From positions 9,625-73,624 of the forward strand of contig CALXVG010000004.1 in the NCBI GenBank assembly GCA_944391955.1: a stretch of DNA of 64,000 bases. Direction: 5' to 3'. The notes under the pieces were generated by a model. The model was given only the letters and a program-made list of their open reading frames with translations. It did no database searches and had not been told where the DNA came from. Both the position numbers and the translations under genes were made by a program. Of this stretch, positions 33,101 through 43,127 are shown piece after piece; position 1 is the first letter of the stretch, and every line of letters starts with the position of its first letter. The DNA is from an uncultured Clostridia bacterium (lineage in GTDB: Bacteria; Bacillota; Clostridia; TANB77; CAG-508).

Positions 33101-34078
33101 TTAATTATTTAAAAAATATTCTTCTAATACTTTTATTACTACATTTTTATCTTCTTCTGTATTTATCTTTTGCCTTATTTGGCTAGAATTCTTCATATTT
33201 TTTAGATACCAACATAAGTGTTTTCTCATTTCTCTTATTCCTACATAATCCCCTTTTTCTTCAAGTGCTAAATTATAATGTTCTTTTATTATTTCTAATT
33301 TCAGCTTTGATGTTACAGGAATTATTTCTTTTTGTTCTTTTAGTTTATCTATTATTTCTTTTATTTTCCAAGGTTCGCCTAATGCCCCGCGTCCTATCAT
33401 TATCCCATCTACTCTTGTGTATTCAAACATCTTCTTTGCATCTTCTGCTGTTTTTATATCTCCATTTCCTATTACTGGTATTTTTACGGCGTCTTTTACT
33501 TTTTTTATTGTTTCTAGGTCGACTTGTCCAGAATAAAAATCTGTTCTTGTTCTTCCATGTATTGCAATTGCATCTGCTCCAGCATCTTCTATTATTTTTG
33601 CTATTTCTGGTGCTACAATAGTATCTTTATCCCAACCAGTTCTTATTTTTACTGTTAATGGTTTTTGAATATTATTTTTAATTTCATGTACAATTTCATA
33701 AACCAAATTTGGATTTAAAAGAAGTTTACTTCCTTCATTATTTTTTACAACTTTTGGAGCTGGACACCCCATATTTATATCAACTATATCTGCATATTCT
33801 GATACCTTTTGAGCTGCTTCTGTCATAATTTTAGGGTCGTCTCCGAAGATTTGTATTGATATTGGTCTTTTTTCTCCTTGTATATTTAATAACTTTTCTG
33901 TTTTTTTATCATTATAATATAGTCCTTTGCTACTAATCATTTCTGTACATACAAGCCCAGGATTTCCATATTTTTTACAAATTTTTCTATAACTTAAATC
34001 TGTTATTCCTGCCATTGGTGCTAATATAACATTGTTTTCTAGTTCTATATTTCCTATTTTCAATTTTTTTATATACAT
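33101..34078 (-). CDS. dusB: tRNA-dihydrouridine synthase B
   Basis: LAPMAG, DINMGCP, IHGRT, GNGDI, MIGRG. Confidence 0.93.
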   Translation of the reverse strand: MYIKKLKIGNIELENNVILAPMAGITDLSYRKICKKYGNPGLVCTEMISSKGLYYNDKKTEKLLNIQGEKRPISIQIFGDDPKIMTEAAQKVSEYADIVDINMGCPAPKVVKNNEGSKLLLNPNLVYEIVHEIKNNIQKPLTVKIRTGWDKDTIVAPEIAKIIEDAGADAIAIHGRTRTDFYSGQVDLETIKKVKDAVKIPVIGNGDIKTAEDAKKMFEYTRVDGIMIGRGALGEPWKIKEIIDKLKEQKEIIPVTSKLKLEIIKEHYNLALEEKGDYVGIREMRKHLCWYLKNMKNSSQIRQKINTEEDKNVVIKVLEEYFLNN

Positions 34079-34096
34079 CTTTTTACCTTTCTCGTA

Positions 34097-35198
34097 TTAA
34101 TCTTGTTTAAACATTGATTTTTTTCTCTTATTTCCAATGTTTATTAATAGCCCTATAAATATTATATTAGTAAGTAATGAGCTACCTCCATAACTTATGA
34201 ATGGTAATGGAACTCCTGTTATTGGTAATAATCCCATTGTCATTCCTACATTTTCTATAAAATGAAACAAGAATATACCTGCAATACCTATTGCTATGCA
34301 TGAACCCGTTTTATTAGTTGCTGTTTTTGCAATATTTATTGCTTTTGTTATTAATACTATATATACAATAACTATTGCGACACAGGTTATAAAGCCAAAT
34401 TCTTCTCCAATTACTGAAAAAATAAAATCAGTTGTTTTAGGATATAAAAAACCTAATTGTGTTTGTGTACCTTGTCCGCCAACCTAATCCAAATAATCTT
34501 CCAGCTCCTATTGCTAATTTAGATTGTATTATATTATATCCTGCTCCCCTTGGATCTGTTTCTGGATTTAAGTAAACATCTATTCTCGCTTTTGCATGTT
34601 CTGGTAATACAAAGAAATATAGTACGGGAACTAGTATTACAATTATTAAAATAGAAACTATTATATATTTTCTATCAATTCCTGATACAAAAAGCATTGC
34701 AACCATAGCAAAAATATATGCAACTGCTGTTCCATAATCTGGTTGCATTATTATTAAAAATACTGGTATAAGTACTACTGCTAAAACCTTTAGTATATTT
34801 ATTATTTTATTTGTTTCTGTTTCTGGGATTTTTGACATAACACTTGCTAAGAATAAAATAACAGCTATTTTTGCAAATTCTCCTGGTTGTATGGATACAC
34901 TTCCAATTGAAAACCAACTTGTGGCTCCATTAACTGCACTTGTTAAAAGTACGGCAAATAATAAGATTATGGATATTATATAAAACGCAATACTTATCTT
35001 TGCAAGAAAATTATAGTCAACTTTAATTATGATTATTAAAACCGGTATACTTGCGATTATCCATATAACTTGTTTTCTAAACTCTTCTAAATCTGAAGAT
35101 TTACTTGCACTATATAATGCAAATAATCCTACGGTTATTAGGATTATTGTACATACTATTATACTCCACTCTGTGGATTTAAATTTATTTCTAATCAT
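34097..35198 (-). CDS. rodA: Rod shape-determining SEDS protein RodA, 366 aa with one +1 shift at CGG (34476-34478)
   Basis: QPGEFAK, QPDYGT, GYNIIQS in first frame; GQGTQ, TDFIFSVIGEEFG, PITGVPLPFISYGGSS in +1 frame; follows minE. Confidence 0.9.
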
Positions 35199-35216
35199 TT
35201 ATACCTCGTAAATTAA

Positions 35217-35702
35217 TTATTGGTTTGATTCTGCTTTCTCTTCTTTTTCTGTGTTATTTTCTTCTGTCTCTTCTTGAACTTCTTTATTTTCTTCTACACT
35301 ATTTTCCTCTTTGTTTTCTTCTTGCTTTTCGTCTTCTTCTTTTTGTTCTTGCTTATCTTCTTTATTTTCTGTTGATTCTACTATATCTTTTTTCATTTCA
35401 TTTCTTATGTTTACAATTGGAATATTCGCATATAGAGAAGGAGCTCCTGTTGTTCCATCTTCTTTTATTTCATTTGTTAATCTTACATCAATTTCTCCTT
35501 CTTCTACTTCTATGTATTTCTTTATAACATCAATAATTTCTTGTTTCATCAATTCTAAAAAATCTGCAGAAACATTGGCCCTATCTTGCATTAATACAAG
35601 ATGTAATCTTTCTTTTGCCTTGTCTTTGCTTCCACCTGCTGTTTTTTCTTTATTTTCTGTTTTTCCTATTTTTTTAAAAAAGTTTATTATGCTTTCAAAC
35701 AT
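35217..35702 (-). CDS. minE: Cell division topological specificity factor MinE with acidic C-terminal tail
   Basis: SKDKAKERLHLVLMQDR, ANIPI. Confidence 0.92.
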   Translation of the reverse strand: MFESIINFFKKIGKTENKEKTAGGSKDKAKERLHLVLMQDRANVSADFLELMKQEIIDVIKKYIEVEEGEIDVRLTNEIKEDGTTGAPSLYANIPIVNIRNEMKKDIVESTENKEDKQEQKEEDEKQEENKEENSVEENKEVQEETEENNTEKEEKAESNQ

Positions 35703-35729
35703 ATATGTTCCTCCATATATCAAATTGAT

Positions 35730-36524
35730 TTATTTTTTAGAAAATAAGCCTTTTATTTTAGTAAAAAAGTGTGTTTCCTTTCCTGGAATTGTAACATCAA
35801 TGTTTTCTCCTAAAATTCTTTTTGCTATTTCGATATAAGCTTTACCTGAAGGTGCCTTTTTATTTTTTATAACAGGTTCTCCTTTATTAGTTTGTGTTAT
35901 TATATTTTCGTCATCTGGCACAACACCTATTAAGTCTATTGATAATAGGTCTACTATATCATTAACATCCATCATTTCGCCTTTTTTAACCATTGCTGGT
36001 CTCAATCTGTTTACTATTAATTCTGGATTTTTTATTTCAGCTGCTTCTAATAATCCTATTATTCTATCAGCATCTCTTATTGCAGATATTTCAGCTGTTG
36101 TAACTACTATTGCTCTATCAGCTCCTGAAACTGCATTTTTAAATCCTTGCTCGATTCCTGCAGGGCAGTCTATTAATACATAATCAAATTCTTCTTTTAA
36201 CTTTTTAGTTAATTCTTTCATTTGTTCTTCATTTATTGCTGTTTTATCTCGTGTTTGGGCAGCAGGTAATAAAAATAGTTCATCAAAACGTTTATCTTTT
36301 ATTAAAGCTTGTCTTAGTTTACATTTTTCTTCAATTACGTCGACTAGGTCATATACAATTCTATTTTCTAGACCCATAACAACATCAAGATTTCTTAGTC
36401 CAATATCTGTATCAACTAATACTACTTTTTTACCAGCTTCTGCTAAGCTAGAGCCTACATTTGCAGTAGTTGTAGTTTTTCCAACGCCACCTTTTCCTGA
36501 TGTTATAACTATTACTTCTCCCAT
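35730..36524 (-). CDS. minD: Septum site-determining ATPase MinD
   Basis: SGKGGVGKTT, DIGLRNLD, DCPAGIEQG, C-terminal amphipathic helix. Confidence 0.97.
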   Translation of the reverse strand: MGEVIVITSGKGGVGKTTTTANVGSSLAEAGKKVVLVDTDIGLRNLDVVMGLENRIVYDLVDVIEEKCKLRQALIKDKRFDELFLLPAAQTRDKTAINEEQMKELTKKLKEEFDYVLIDCPAGIEQGFKNAVSGADRAIVVTTAEISAIRDADRIIGLLEAAEIKNPELIVNRLRPAMVKKGEMMDVNDIVDLLSIDLIGVVPDDENIITQTNKGEPVIKNKKAPSGKAYIEIAKRILGENIDVTIPGKETHFFTKIKGLFSKK

Positions 36525-36615
36525 AACATCTATCCTCCTTGTATAAATTACCCTAATATTTTATAATTTTTTCACTGAAAAGTCAATGATATTTATGTAA
36601 AAAAGGCTTTTTATT

Positions 36616-37647
36616 TTACATAATTAACATCGCATCACCAAAACTAAAAAATCTATATTTTTCTTCAACTGCTTTTGTATATGCTTTTAATATGAATTCT
36701 TTATCTGCTAATGCTGAAACTAGCATTAATAATGTTGACTCTGGTAAATGGAAATTCGTTATTAGTTTGTCCACACATTTGAATTTATACCCTGGATATA
36801 TAAATATTCCGGTATCGCCTTCTATTTCCTTAACTTTTCCATGTTCGTCTGCAACTGTTTCTAATACCCTACATGATGTTGTTCCTACTGCTATTACACT
36901 ATTTCCATTTTGTTTTGCTTTATTTATTTTGTCTGCATCTTCTTTTTTTATATAAAAATGTTCTACATGCATTTTATGTTCTTCTACATTTTCTACTTTT
37001 ACTGGTCTAAATGTTCCTATTCCAACATGTAAAGTCACATTTGCTATTGTTATCCCTTTTTCTTCTATTTTTTGTAGTAGTTCATTTGTAAAATGTAATC
37101 CTGCTGTCGGTGCTGCTGCTGACCCATCATATTTAGCATATACTGTTTGATATCTATCTTTTTCTTTTAGCTTTTCTGTAATATATGGTGGTAATGGCAT
37201 AAGACCTATCTGATCTAATATTTCATTAAAAATTCCTTCATACATAAAATGTACTATTCTATTGCCATTTTCTAATATTTCTAAAACTTCTGCAGTTAAC
37301 AACCCTTCTCCAAATTCAATTTTAACTCCTGGCTTTATTTTCTTCCCTGGTCTTACCATTGCTTCCCAATTGTCATTATTTAGCTGCTTTAATATTAATA
37401 TTTCTACTAATTTTTCTGTTTCTTTGCCTACTATTTTTCCATATAATCTTGCTGGAATAACTTTAGTATTATTTCTAACTAGACAGTCTCCTGGTTTTAG
37501 ATAGTCTATTATATCTTTAAATACTTTATGTTCTATTTGTTTTGTCTGTCTATCTAATACCATAAGTCTTGATTCGTCTCTTTTTTCCTTTGGATGTTGA
37601 GCTATTAGCTCTTTAGGTAAATCATAATAAAAGTCTGTTGTTTTCAT
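36616..37647 (-). CDS. queA: S-adenosylmethionine:tRNA ribosyltransferase-isomerase
   Basis: [35 protein letters not shown]. Confidence 0.97.
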   Translation of the reverse strand: MKTTDFYYDLPKELIAQHPKEKRDESRLMVLDRQTKQIEHKVFKDIIDYLKPGDCLVRNNTKVIPARLYGKIVGKETEKLVEILILKQLNNDNWEAMVRPGKKIKPGVKIEFGEGLLTAEVLEILENGNRIVHFMYEGIFNEILDQIGLMPLPPYITEKLKEKDRYQTVYAKYDGSAAAPTAGLHFTNELLQKIEEKGITIANVTLHVGIGTFRPVKVENVEEHKMHVEHFYIKKEDADKINKAKQNGNSVIAVGTTSCRVLETVADEHGKVKEIEGDTGIFIYPGYKFKCVDKLITNFHLPESTLLMLVSALADKEFILKAYTKAVEEKYRFFSFGDAMLIM

Positions 37648-37664
37648 TTTTTTCCTTTCTATTG

Positions 37665-39012
37665 TTATTTAATAAAAACAGATTTAAGAGCTTTAAAAAT
37701 TGCTCTAATTTCTTCAATGACATTACTTGGTTCTTTATTAAATTCTATTTCTACTGCATATTCAAAGTCTGAAGCATGATATGGTTTCATTAAATATACA
37801 TCACTATATAATCCAATTTTTTCTCCTGAAGATGTTTCTATGTTTCTAGACATATAGTCTGCATACCAATCTTCTAATCCTGTAACATCACTCTCGAAAT
37901 AACCGTATTGTTCATAATCATGTAAAGCCGGTATTTCATATCCTCTTTCTTGTAATGTTCTTTCTAATGAATGTAAAAATTCGTGTATATATACCTCTTC
38001 TGGAAACTTATGGAATGAATTATATTCATATAGTGATGTATTTCCATTTTTATTTATTCTTATTATAGAATATCCTATACCGTACATATCCATTGCTCCA
38101 AGACCTACCCAATTACCTTTTATTGGTATTGAATATGTTCCACTTTCATCTTCCATTCTAGCCACTATAAAAATATGGTCATATTCATTTTCTTGTACAA
38201 TATCATATATCAAATCTTTTGTATCATAAGGGTCTATATAGTATCCATGTTCTTCCTCATATGAAATAGTAGTAAGTGGTTCTTCTATTTCGTGTATCTT
38301 ATATGTTACACTCATTTGATTTTCTGACATTTCTGTTGCCACATTTTTATATCTTTCCATATTTTCATAAACATTTTTTATATCTTCACTATTTGTAGTG
38401 AATTTTGTTTGTACACCGGTCTATATTAACTTCTACATTTTTTAATATAAAACATCCTACATTCCATTCACTATCTGAATGTTTTGTAGCTTTTTCTAGT
38501 TTAAAATCCGTGAACCAGGCGGTACCAGTACATCTATTAGAATTTCCTCCTAACCTAAATGCAATTTGTACCTTGTCTCTATTCTTAGAATCAAAAATTA
38601 ATTCTATTCGTTGCCACTCACTATTTCCAGTTACAGGAATAGAGTATTCTTGTGTTCCCATTATCCATATCATTGCACCTGCTTCATTTTCATTCTCGGA
38701 CACTACATTTTCTGTTTTTACCATACAACTTATCCTATATGGAGTATTGTTCTCTACCTCTATTTCTTTATAAAAAACAGTATCATTATATTCTTCGTTT
38801 GTTATTCTATAACTATCTTCATCTGAATACTTTACATCAGAATCTTTCATTAATTTTGTTTCAGAATCTGCTGTTGTAACTGCTTTTTCAAAATCATTAA
38901 AATAATATTGTTTATATATTTTAAATAGAACTATCAATATAATTATAATTATGGCTGTAGATATTATTGTGCCTATATTTATAAAACCTTTTTTTGACTT
39001 CAAATATATCAT
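37665..39012 (-). CDS. Membrane-anchored protein, CBM-like domain plus HExxH metallopeptidase-like domain; 448 aa with one +1 shift at CGG (38416-38418)
   Basis: ORFs 38389-39012 and 37665-38360 join as ...NID[c][25 protein letters not shown]... without a stop; [10 protein letters not shown] motif. Confidence 0.75.
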
Positions 39013-39092
39013 TCTCCTTTAAATCAATATATTTTTTAAGTTCTGCTTATCTTATGTTCTATCAGTAACTTCACAATGTCAGTCGATTATAA

Positions 39093-40742
39093 TTATTGGA
39101 TTAAGTTATTCATTCTGCTATAAATTCTTTCTTTGCCTAAAATTTGCATAATTTCATATAAATCTGGTGTATTACATCTACCTGTTAATGCAACTCTTAT
39201 TACTGTACTTATATCTCCTACATGTCCTTTATATTTATCTGGTTCTTGTTTATATTCTTTAACTTCTCTTGCATAACCCATTTCTTCTGCTAAATCTTTC
39301 ATTTTGTTGAACCATGTTTGCTTATCATCATTTATATCAAAATGTTTTTCAATGTATTTTGATAATATATTTTTAATTTCTTCTTTATCAGTAATTTTTT
39401 GGAATTCATATTCTTTATTGTTTTTGAATATTTCATCATACATATATTCTATTGAATTCTTGACTTCTGACCATTTTGCAATATCTTTTCTAGGTTTTAC
39501 ATTTCCTCTTTCTATATTTAGTACTCTTATTGAATACTCTTTATTTTCTTCAAGTAATTTCATTAATTCTGTGTCATATTGCTTAGCCCATTTTAATGTT
39601 TCATCATATATTTTTTCTGCTGTGAATTTTGATATTACATTTTTAGATACATCTAATAATTTTACCATATCAAAAACTGCTCCACTTACACTTAGTTTGT
39701 TTAATTGTAATTCAAATTCGCTTATGTCTAAATCTTTATTGGCTCTTCTCCAAGGTTCAAAATTTGAATTTGCAATGTTTAATAAATATTCTACAACTGC
39801 CTCTTGTGGTATTCCTTCTTCATGATAATAACTAACTGCTGCTTCTGGGTCTTTTCTTTTACTTATTTTTCTTTTTCCTCCATTGTCTTCTTTCATAATT
39901 GTTGCTGTGTGTGCATATTTAGGAGGTTTAAATCCTAATGCTTTGAATAATTCTAAGTGTAATGGTATTGAAGATACCCATTCATCCCCTCTTATTACAT
40001 GTGTTACTCTCATTAAATGATCATCTACTGCATGTGCAAAATGATAAGTAGGAAGTCCATCTGCTTTTATTATAACTATGTCTTGATCATTTTCTGGAAA
40101 TTCTATATTTCCTTTTATTATATCTTTATGTTTTATTTTTCTTTCTTCATTTCCATGTGATTTAAATCTTACAATATATTTTTCTCCATTCTTTATTTTT
40201 TCTGCTGCTTCTACTATTGGTAAATTTCTATACTTAGCCCAAACTCCATAATAGCCTGGTCTTATTTTTGCTTTTTCTTGTTTTTCCCTTATTTCTTCTA
40301 ATTCTTCTGTTGTACAGAAACATGGATATGCTAATCCTTTTTCAATTAATGATTTAGCATATGCTTGATATATATCCTTTCTTTGGCTTTGCTTGTATGG
40401 TCCATAAATTCCTTTTTCACCATCTTCTGAAATCATTCCTTCATCTGGTATTATTCCAAAATTTTGTAATCCTTCAACAATTTGTTCTGTACCTCTTTCT
40501 ATCTCTCTTTTTTGGTCTGTGTCTTCTATACGTAAAATAAATACCCCCTTTGTTTGTTCTGCTAATTTTCTGTCTACTATAGCTCCAAATAGTCCTCCAA
40601 TATGTACAAATCCTGTTGGGCTAGGTGCAAAACGTGTAACCATTGCTCCTTCTGGTAAATTTCTTTCTGGGTATTTTTCCTCATAATATTCTATATCTTT
40701 TGCATTTGGAAATATTAAATCTGCTAATTCTTTATAATCCAT
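39093..40742 (-). CDS. gltX: Glutamate--tRNA ligase
   Basis: TRFAPSPTG, HIGG, LRIEDTD, HVIRGDEW, KISKR. Confidence 0.96.
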   Translation of the reverse strand: MDYKELADLIFPNAKDIEYYEEKYPERNLPEGAMVTRFAPSPTGFVHIGGLFGAIVDRKLAEQTKGVFILRIEDTDQKREIERGTEQIVEGLQNFGIIPDEGMISEDGEKGIYGPYKQSQRKDIYQAYAKSLIEKGLAYPCFCTTEELEEIREKQEKAKIRPGYYGVWAKYRNLPIVEAAEKIKNGEKYIVRFKSHGNEERKIKHKDIIKGNIEFPENDQDIVIIKADGLPTYHFAHAVDDHLMRVTHVIRGDEWVSSIPLHLELFKALGFKPPKYAHTATIMKEDNGGKRKISKRKDPEAAVSYYHEEGIPQEAVVEYLLNIANSNFEPWRRANKDLDISEFELQLNKLSVSGAVFDMVKLLDVSKNVISKFTAEKIYDETLKWAKQYDTELMKLLEENKEYSIRVLNIERGNVKPRKDIAKWSEVKNSIEYMYDEIFKNNKEYEFQKITDKEEIKNILSKYIEKHFDINDDKQTWFNKMKDLAEEMGYAREVKEYKQEPDKYKGHVGDISTVIRVALTGRCNTPDLYEIMQILGKERIYSRMNNLIQ

Positions 40743-41821
40743 TTTTTTATCATTCCTTTCATTTTTTCTTCATTTTGCTCAATTTGTTTAAGAATCTCGC
40801 TCTGTGCTCGAACACGTATTAAATTGTGATCTTCAATTTCTGGATTTACTGAAAAATATATATCACCATTTAAATAATCTGTTAAAAATCTAATCAAGTT
40901 TTCATATGTCATCATCCATGCACCTAATGGTAACATTTCTACTTCTTCATTTGTAATAACGTCTTTTGCTTTTTCCATAAATCCTTTTGTAAATGCTTCA
41001 TATCTTTCTAAATCAAAGTATATTTTTGTTGTATCTTGCTCATCTTCTTTAGATGTTGTTCCACCACTTCTTATTCCTTCACCAAAATCATATACAATTG
41101 AACCTGGCATAATTGTATCAAAATCAATTAAACATACTGCTTTTTCTGTTTGAGCATCAAATAATATATTACTTAATTTAGTATCATTATGTGTTACTCT
41201 TAATGGGATTTTTCCAGACTTTAACCCTTCGACTATTTTGTCCGTTCTACTTATTCTTTTTTCATCTGTTAAAAATTCAATTTCTTTTTTTGCTTTTTCA
41301 AATCGTTCTGGTCTTTTTTTTCTATTTTCCTTACTTTCTATTGCTTCTTTTAGCTGTGCTACACGATTTGGTGTATAATGAAACATTGGTATTACTTCAT
41401 ATAAAGTATTTGCATCAAATCCTTCTACTTCTTTTTGAAAGTTTCCTACCGCTTTCCCTGCTTCATATAATTTTTCTAAACTTTCTGTTGCTAAATATGT
41501 TTTTGTATTTTCTATAAATTTTTGCATTCTCCAGTTTTTATTATATATATATTCGTCACTATCTTTTATTTTAATAAATTCTATTGTTGTAATGTTTCCC
41601 TTTTTTCCTATATAATTTGTAACTCTCTGTGCATTACTCATTAGTTCATTTAGGTTTGGAAACACATTTGTATTTACATATTGCAATATATATTTCTCAT
41701 TATTGTCATAATCAATTATATATGTTTTATTAATGTGTCCAATATCAATCAATGTTGTTTTAACAGGTTGTGCGTCAATATCAAAACTACGTGCTATTTG
41801 CATTAATTTTTCAGTTTTCAC
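40724..41821 (-). CDS. APH-family phosphotransferase (N-acetylhexosamine 1-kinase-like)
   Basis: GHINKT, HNDTKLSN, IDFDTIMPG, RFLTDYL. Confidence 0.85.
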   Translation of the reverse strand: MKTEKLMQIARSFDIDAQPVKTTLIDIGHINKTYIIDYDNNEKYILQYVNTNVFPNLNELMSNAQRVTNYIGKKGNITTIEFIKIKDSDEYIYNKNWRMQKFIENTKTYLATESLEKLYEAGKAVGNFQKEVEGFDANTLYEVIPMFHYTPNRVAQLKEAIESKENRKKRPERFEKAKKEIEFLTDEKRISRTDKIVEGLKSGKIPLRVTHNDTKLSNILFDAQTEKAVCLIDFDTIMPGSIVYDFGEGIRSGGTTSKEDEQDTTKIYFDLERYEAFTKGFMEKAKDVITNEEVEMLPLGAWMMTYENLIRFLTDYLNGDIYFSVNPEIEDHNLIRVRAQSEILKQIEQNEEKMKGMIKKWIIKN

Positions 41822-41846
41822 ATTGTTCTCCTTTCAAAGGTTTGTT

Positions 41847-42032
41847 TTAAATAATAATTAGGATGCCAGCTATTGTACACATAATAAATCCTATTATCTT
41901 TAGAGTTAATGTTGCTTCATTTTGATCACCAAAACTAAACATCTTTTTTGTAATTTTTCTTGCATCATATATTAATATAACTCCTATCATTAATATGATT
42001 ACTTTTATTAGTTCTAATATTAGTTCTAACAT
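41847..42032 (-). CDS. Small two-TM membrane protein
   Basis: 61-aa ORF, AAAGGA RBS, two hydrophobic helices. Confidence 0.7.
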   Translation of the reverse strand: MLELILELIKVIILMIGVILIYDARKITKKMFSFGDQNEATLTLKIIGFIMCTIAGILIII

Positions 42033-42136
42033 TTTATTACATCCTTTTTCCTTTTATTATCTGTAAGATTATATCATACTTTGTAGGCTATTGTACAGTA
42101 ATTTTGATAAAATGTTTGTAAACCCTCAATCATTCT

Positions 42137-42284
42137 TATGATTGACAATTTTCTTGCTGATATAATTTTAATAATAAAACTCCCAGTTTTTATAACTGAG
42201 AGTTCTATATTTTTTAAATATTGTTTTTTATATAATCAACTAGATTTTTTACTTCTAAGATTTTATCTGCTTGGTCATCTGATA
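42137..42284. repeat. Left copy of 148-bp direct repeat (acpP 3' end plus terminator)
   Basis: 146/148 identical to 49683-49830. Confidence 0.95.
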
Positions 42285-42309
42285 GACATGGGGACGGAGT
42301 TGTTGTCTG
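42283..42309 (-). repeat. 27-bp palindromic site (inverted, degenerate)
   Basis: tagacatggggacggagttgttgtctg. Confidence 0.8.
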
Positions 42310-42363
42310 TAGGGTTTGAAGGTAGATACTATCACTTAGTTTTTTCTATACTCTAAAAAACTA

Positions 42364-42390
42364 TAGACATAAACCCCGTCCCCGTGTCTA
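42364..42390 (+). repeat. 27-bp palindromic site
   Basis: tagacataaaccccgtccccgtgtcta. Confidence 0.95.
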
Positions 42391-42436
42391 TAATGGTATG
42401 TTGCTTTTAGTATGTTGCCTTCTGTTATTGTTTCAA

Positions 42437-42463
42437 TAGACATAAAACCCATCCCCATGTCTA
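42437..42463 (+). repeat. 27-bp palindromic site; supplies the TAG stop of the adjacent gene
   Basis: tagacataaaacccatccccatgtcta. Confidence 0.95.
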
Positions 42464-42961
42464 CCTCATTGTAACTATGTAATACCAGTTATCTGCTAGC
42501 TGTTCTTTTTTTCTAATTTTATATCCGTGTGATATATAATCTTCATAGTCAGGCATATAAGCAATTGAATAGCAATCAAAACTAAATTGTGGCGTTTCAA
42601 CAAAGAAATTTATACTTCTATTTTCTTTATTTACCGTTTCTAATTCTAATTTTTTTATTATTTCAATAGTTGATTTATACTTATAATAATCTTTCTCTTC
42701 AACTTTAATAATATTTACTTTTTCTTCTATATGCTCATGTATGTATATAACAATTGTTTCATCATATCTTTTAAAATATATATAATCTTCTTTCGATAAT
42801 TCCTCTACTACTTTTTCAAATAGTTCTCTATTCGTTCTAAACCTTTTTGCCATTTTATACTTACATGTTGGCATTATAAAATTAAAATAGCAACTTATAA
42901 TATATATAACTATAATTATAATTAATATTATTAATGATAATTTGTATTTCATGGTTCTCAT
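42461..42961 (-). CDS. Membrane-anchored hypothetical protein, putative orphan immunity protein
   Basis: N-terminal TM helix; directly follows a toxin-tail fragment; C-terminal EQLADNWYY. Confidence 0.6.
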   Translation of the reverse strand: MRTMKYKLSLIILIIIIVIYIISCYFNFIMPTCKYKMAKRFRTNRELFEKVVEELSKEDYIYFKRYDETIVIYIHEHIEEKVNIIKVEEKDYYKYKSTIEIIKKLELETVNKENRSINFFVETPQFSFDCYSIAYMPDYEDYISHGYKIRKKEQLADNWYYIVTMR

Positions 42962-42968
42962 CTCCTAA

Positions 42969-43100
42969 TTAAAAGTATTCATAATATAAATCTATACCAT
43001 ATTGTATATAGTAATGATCATTAGCATCATCACCATAATTTGGTCCAATTAGGATTCTTAAGTCAAAATGATTAAAATTAGCATACCCTCCACCCATAAA
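42969..43100 (-). pseudogene. 43-codon C-terminal fragment of a polymorphic toxin (Ntox44-like)
   Basis: FMGGGYANFNHFDLRILIGPNYGDDANDHYYIQYGIDLYYEYF*; starts at the edge of a 27-bp site. Confidence 0.5.
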
Positions 43101-43127
43101 TAGACATAAAACCCGTCCCCGTGTCTA
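43101..43127 (+). repeat. 27-bp palindromic site
   Basis: tagacataaaacccgtccccgtgtcta. Confidence 0.95.

Noticed and set aside
42142-42166. TTGACA...TATAAT as a promoter in the duplicated segment
   Set aside because: Spacing is only 13 bp and it points into the terminator; at most an extended -10, unsupported.
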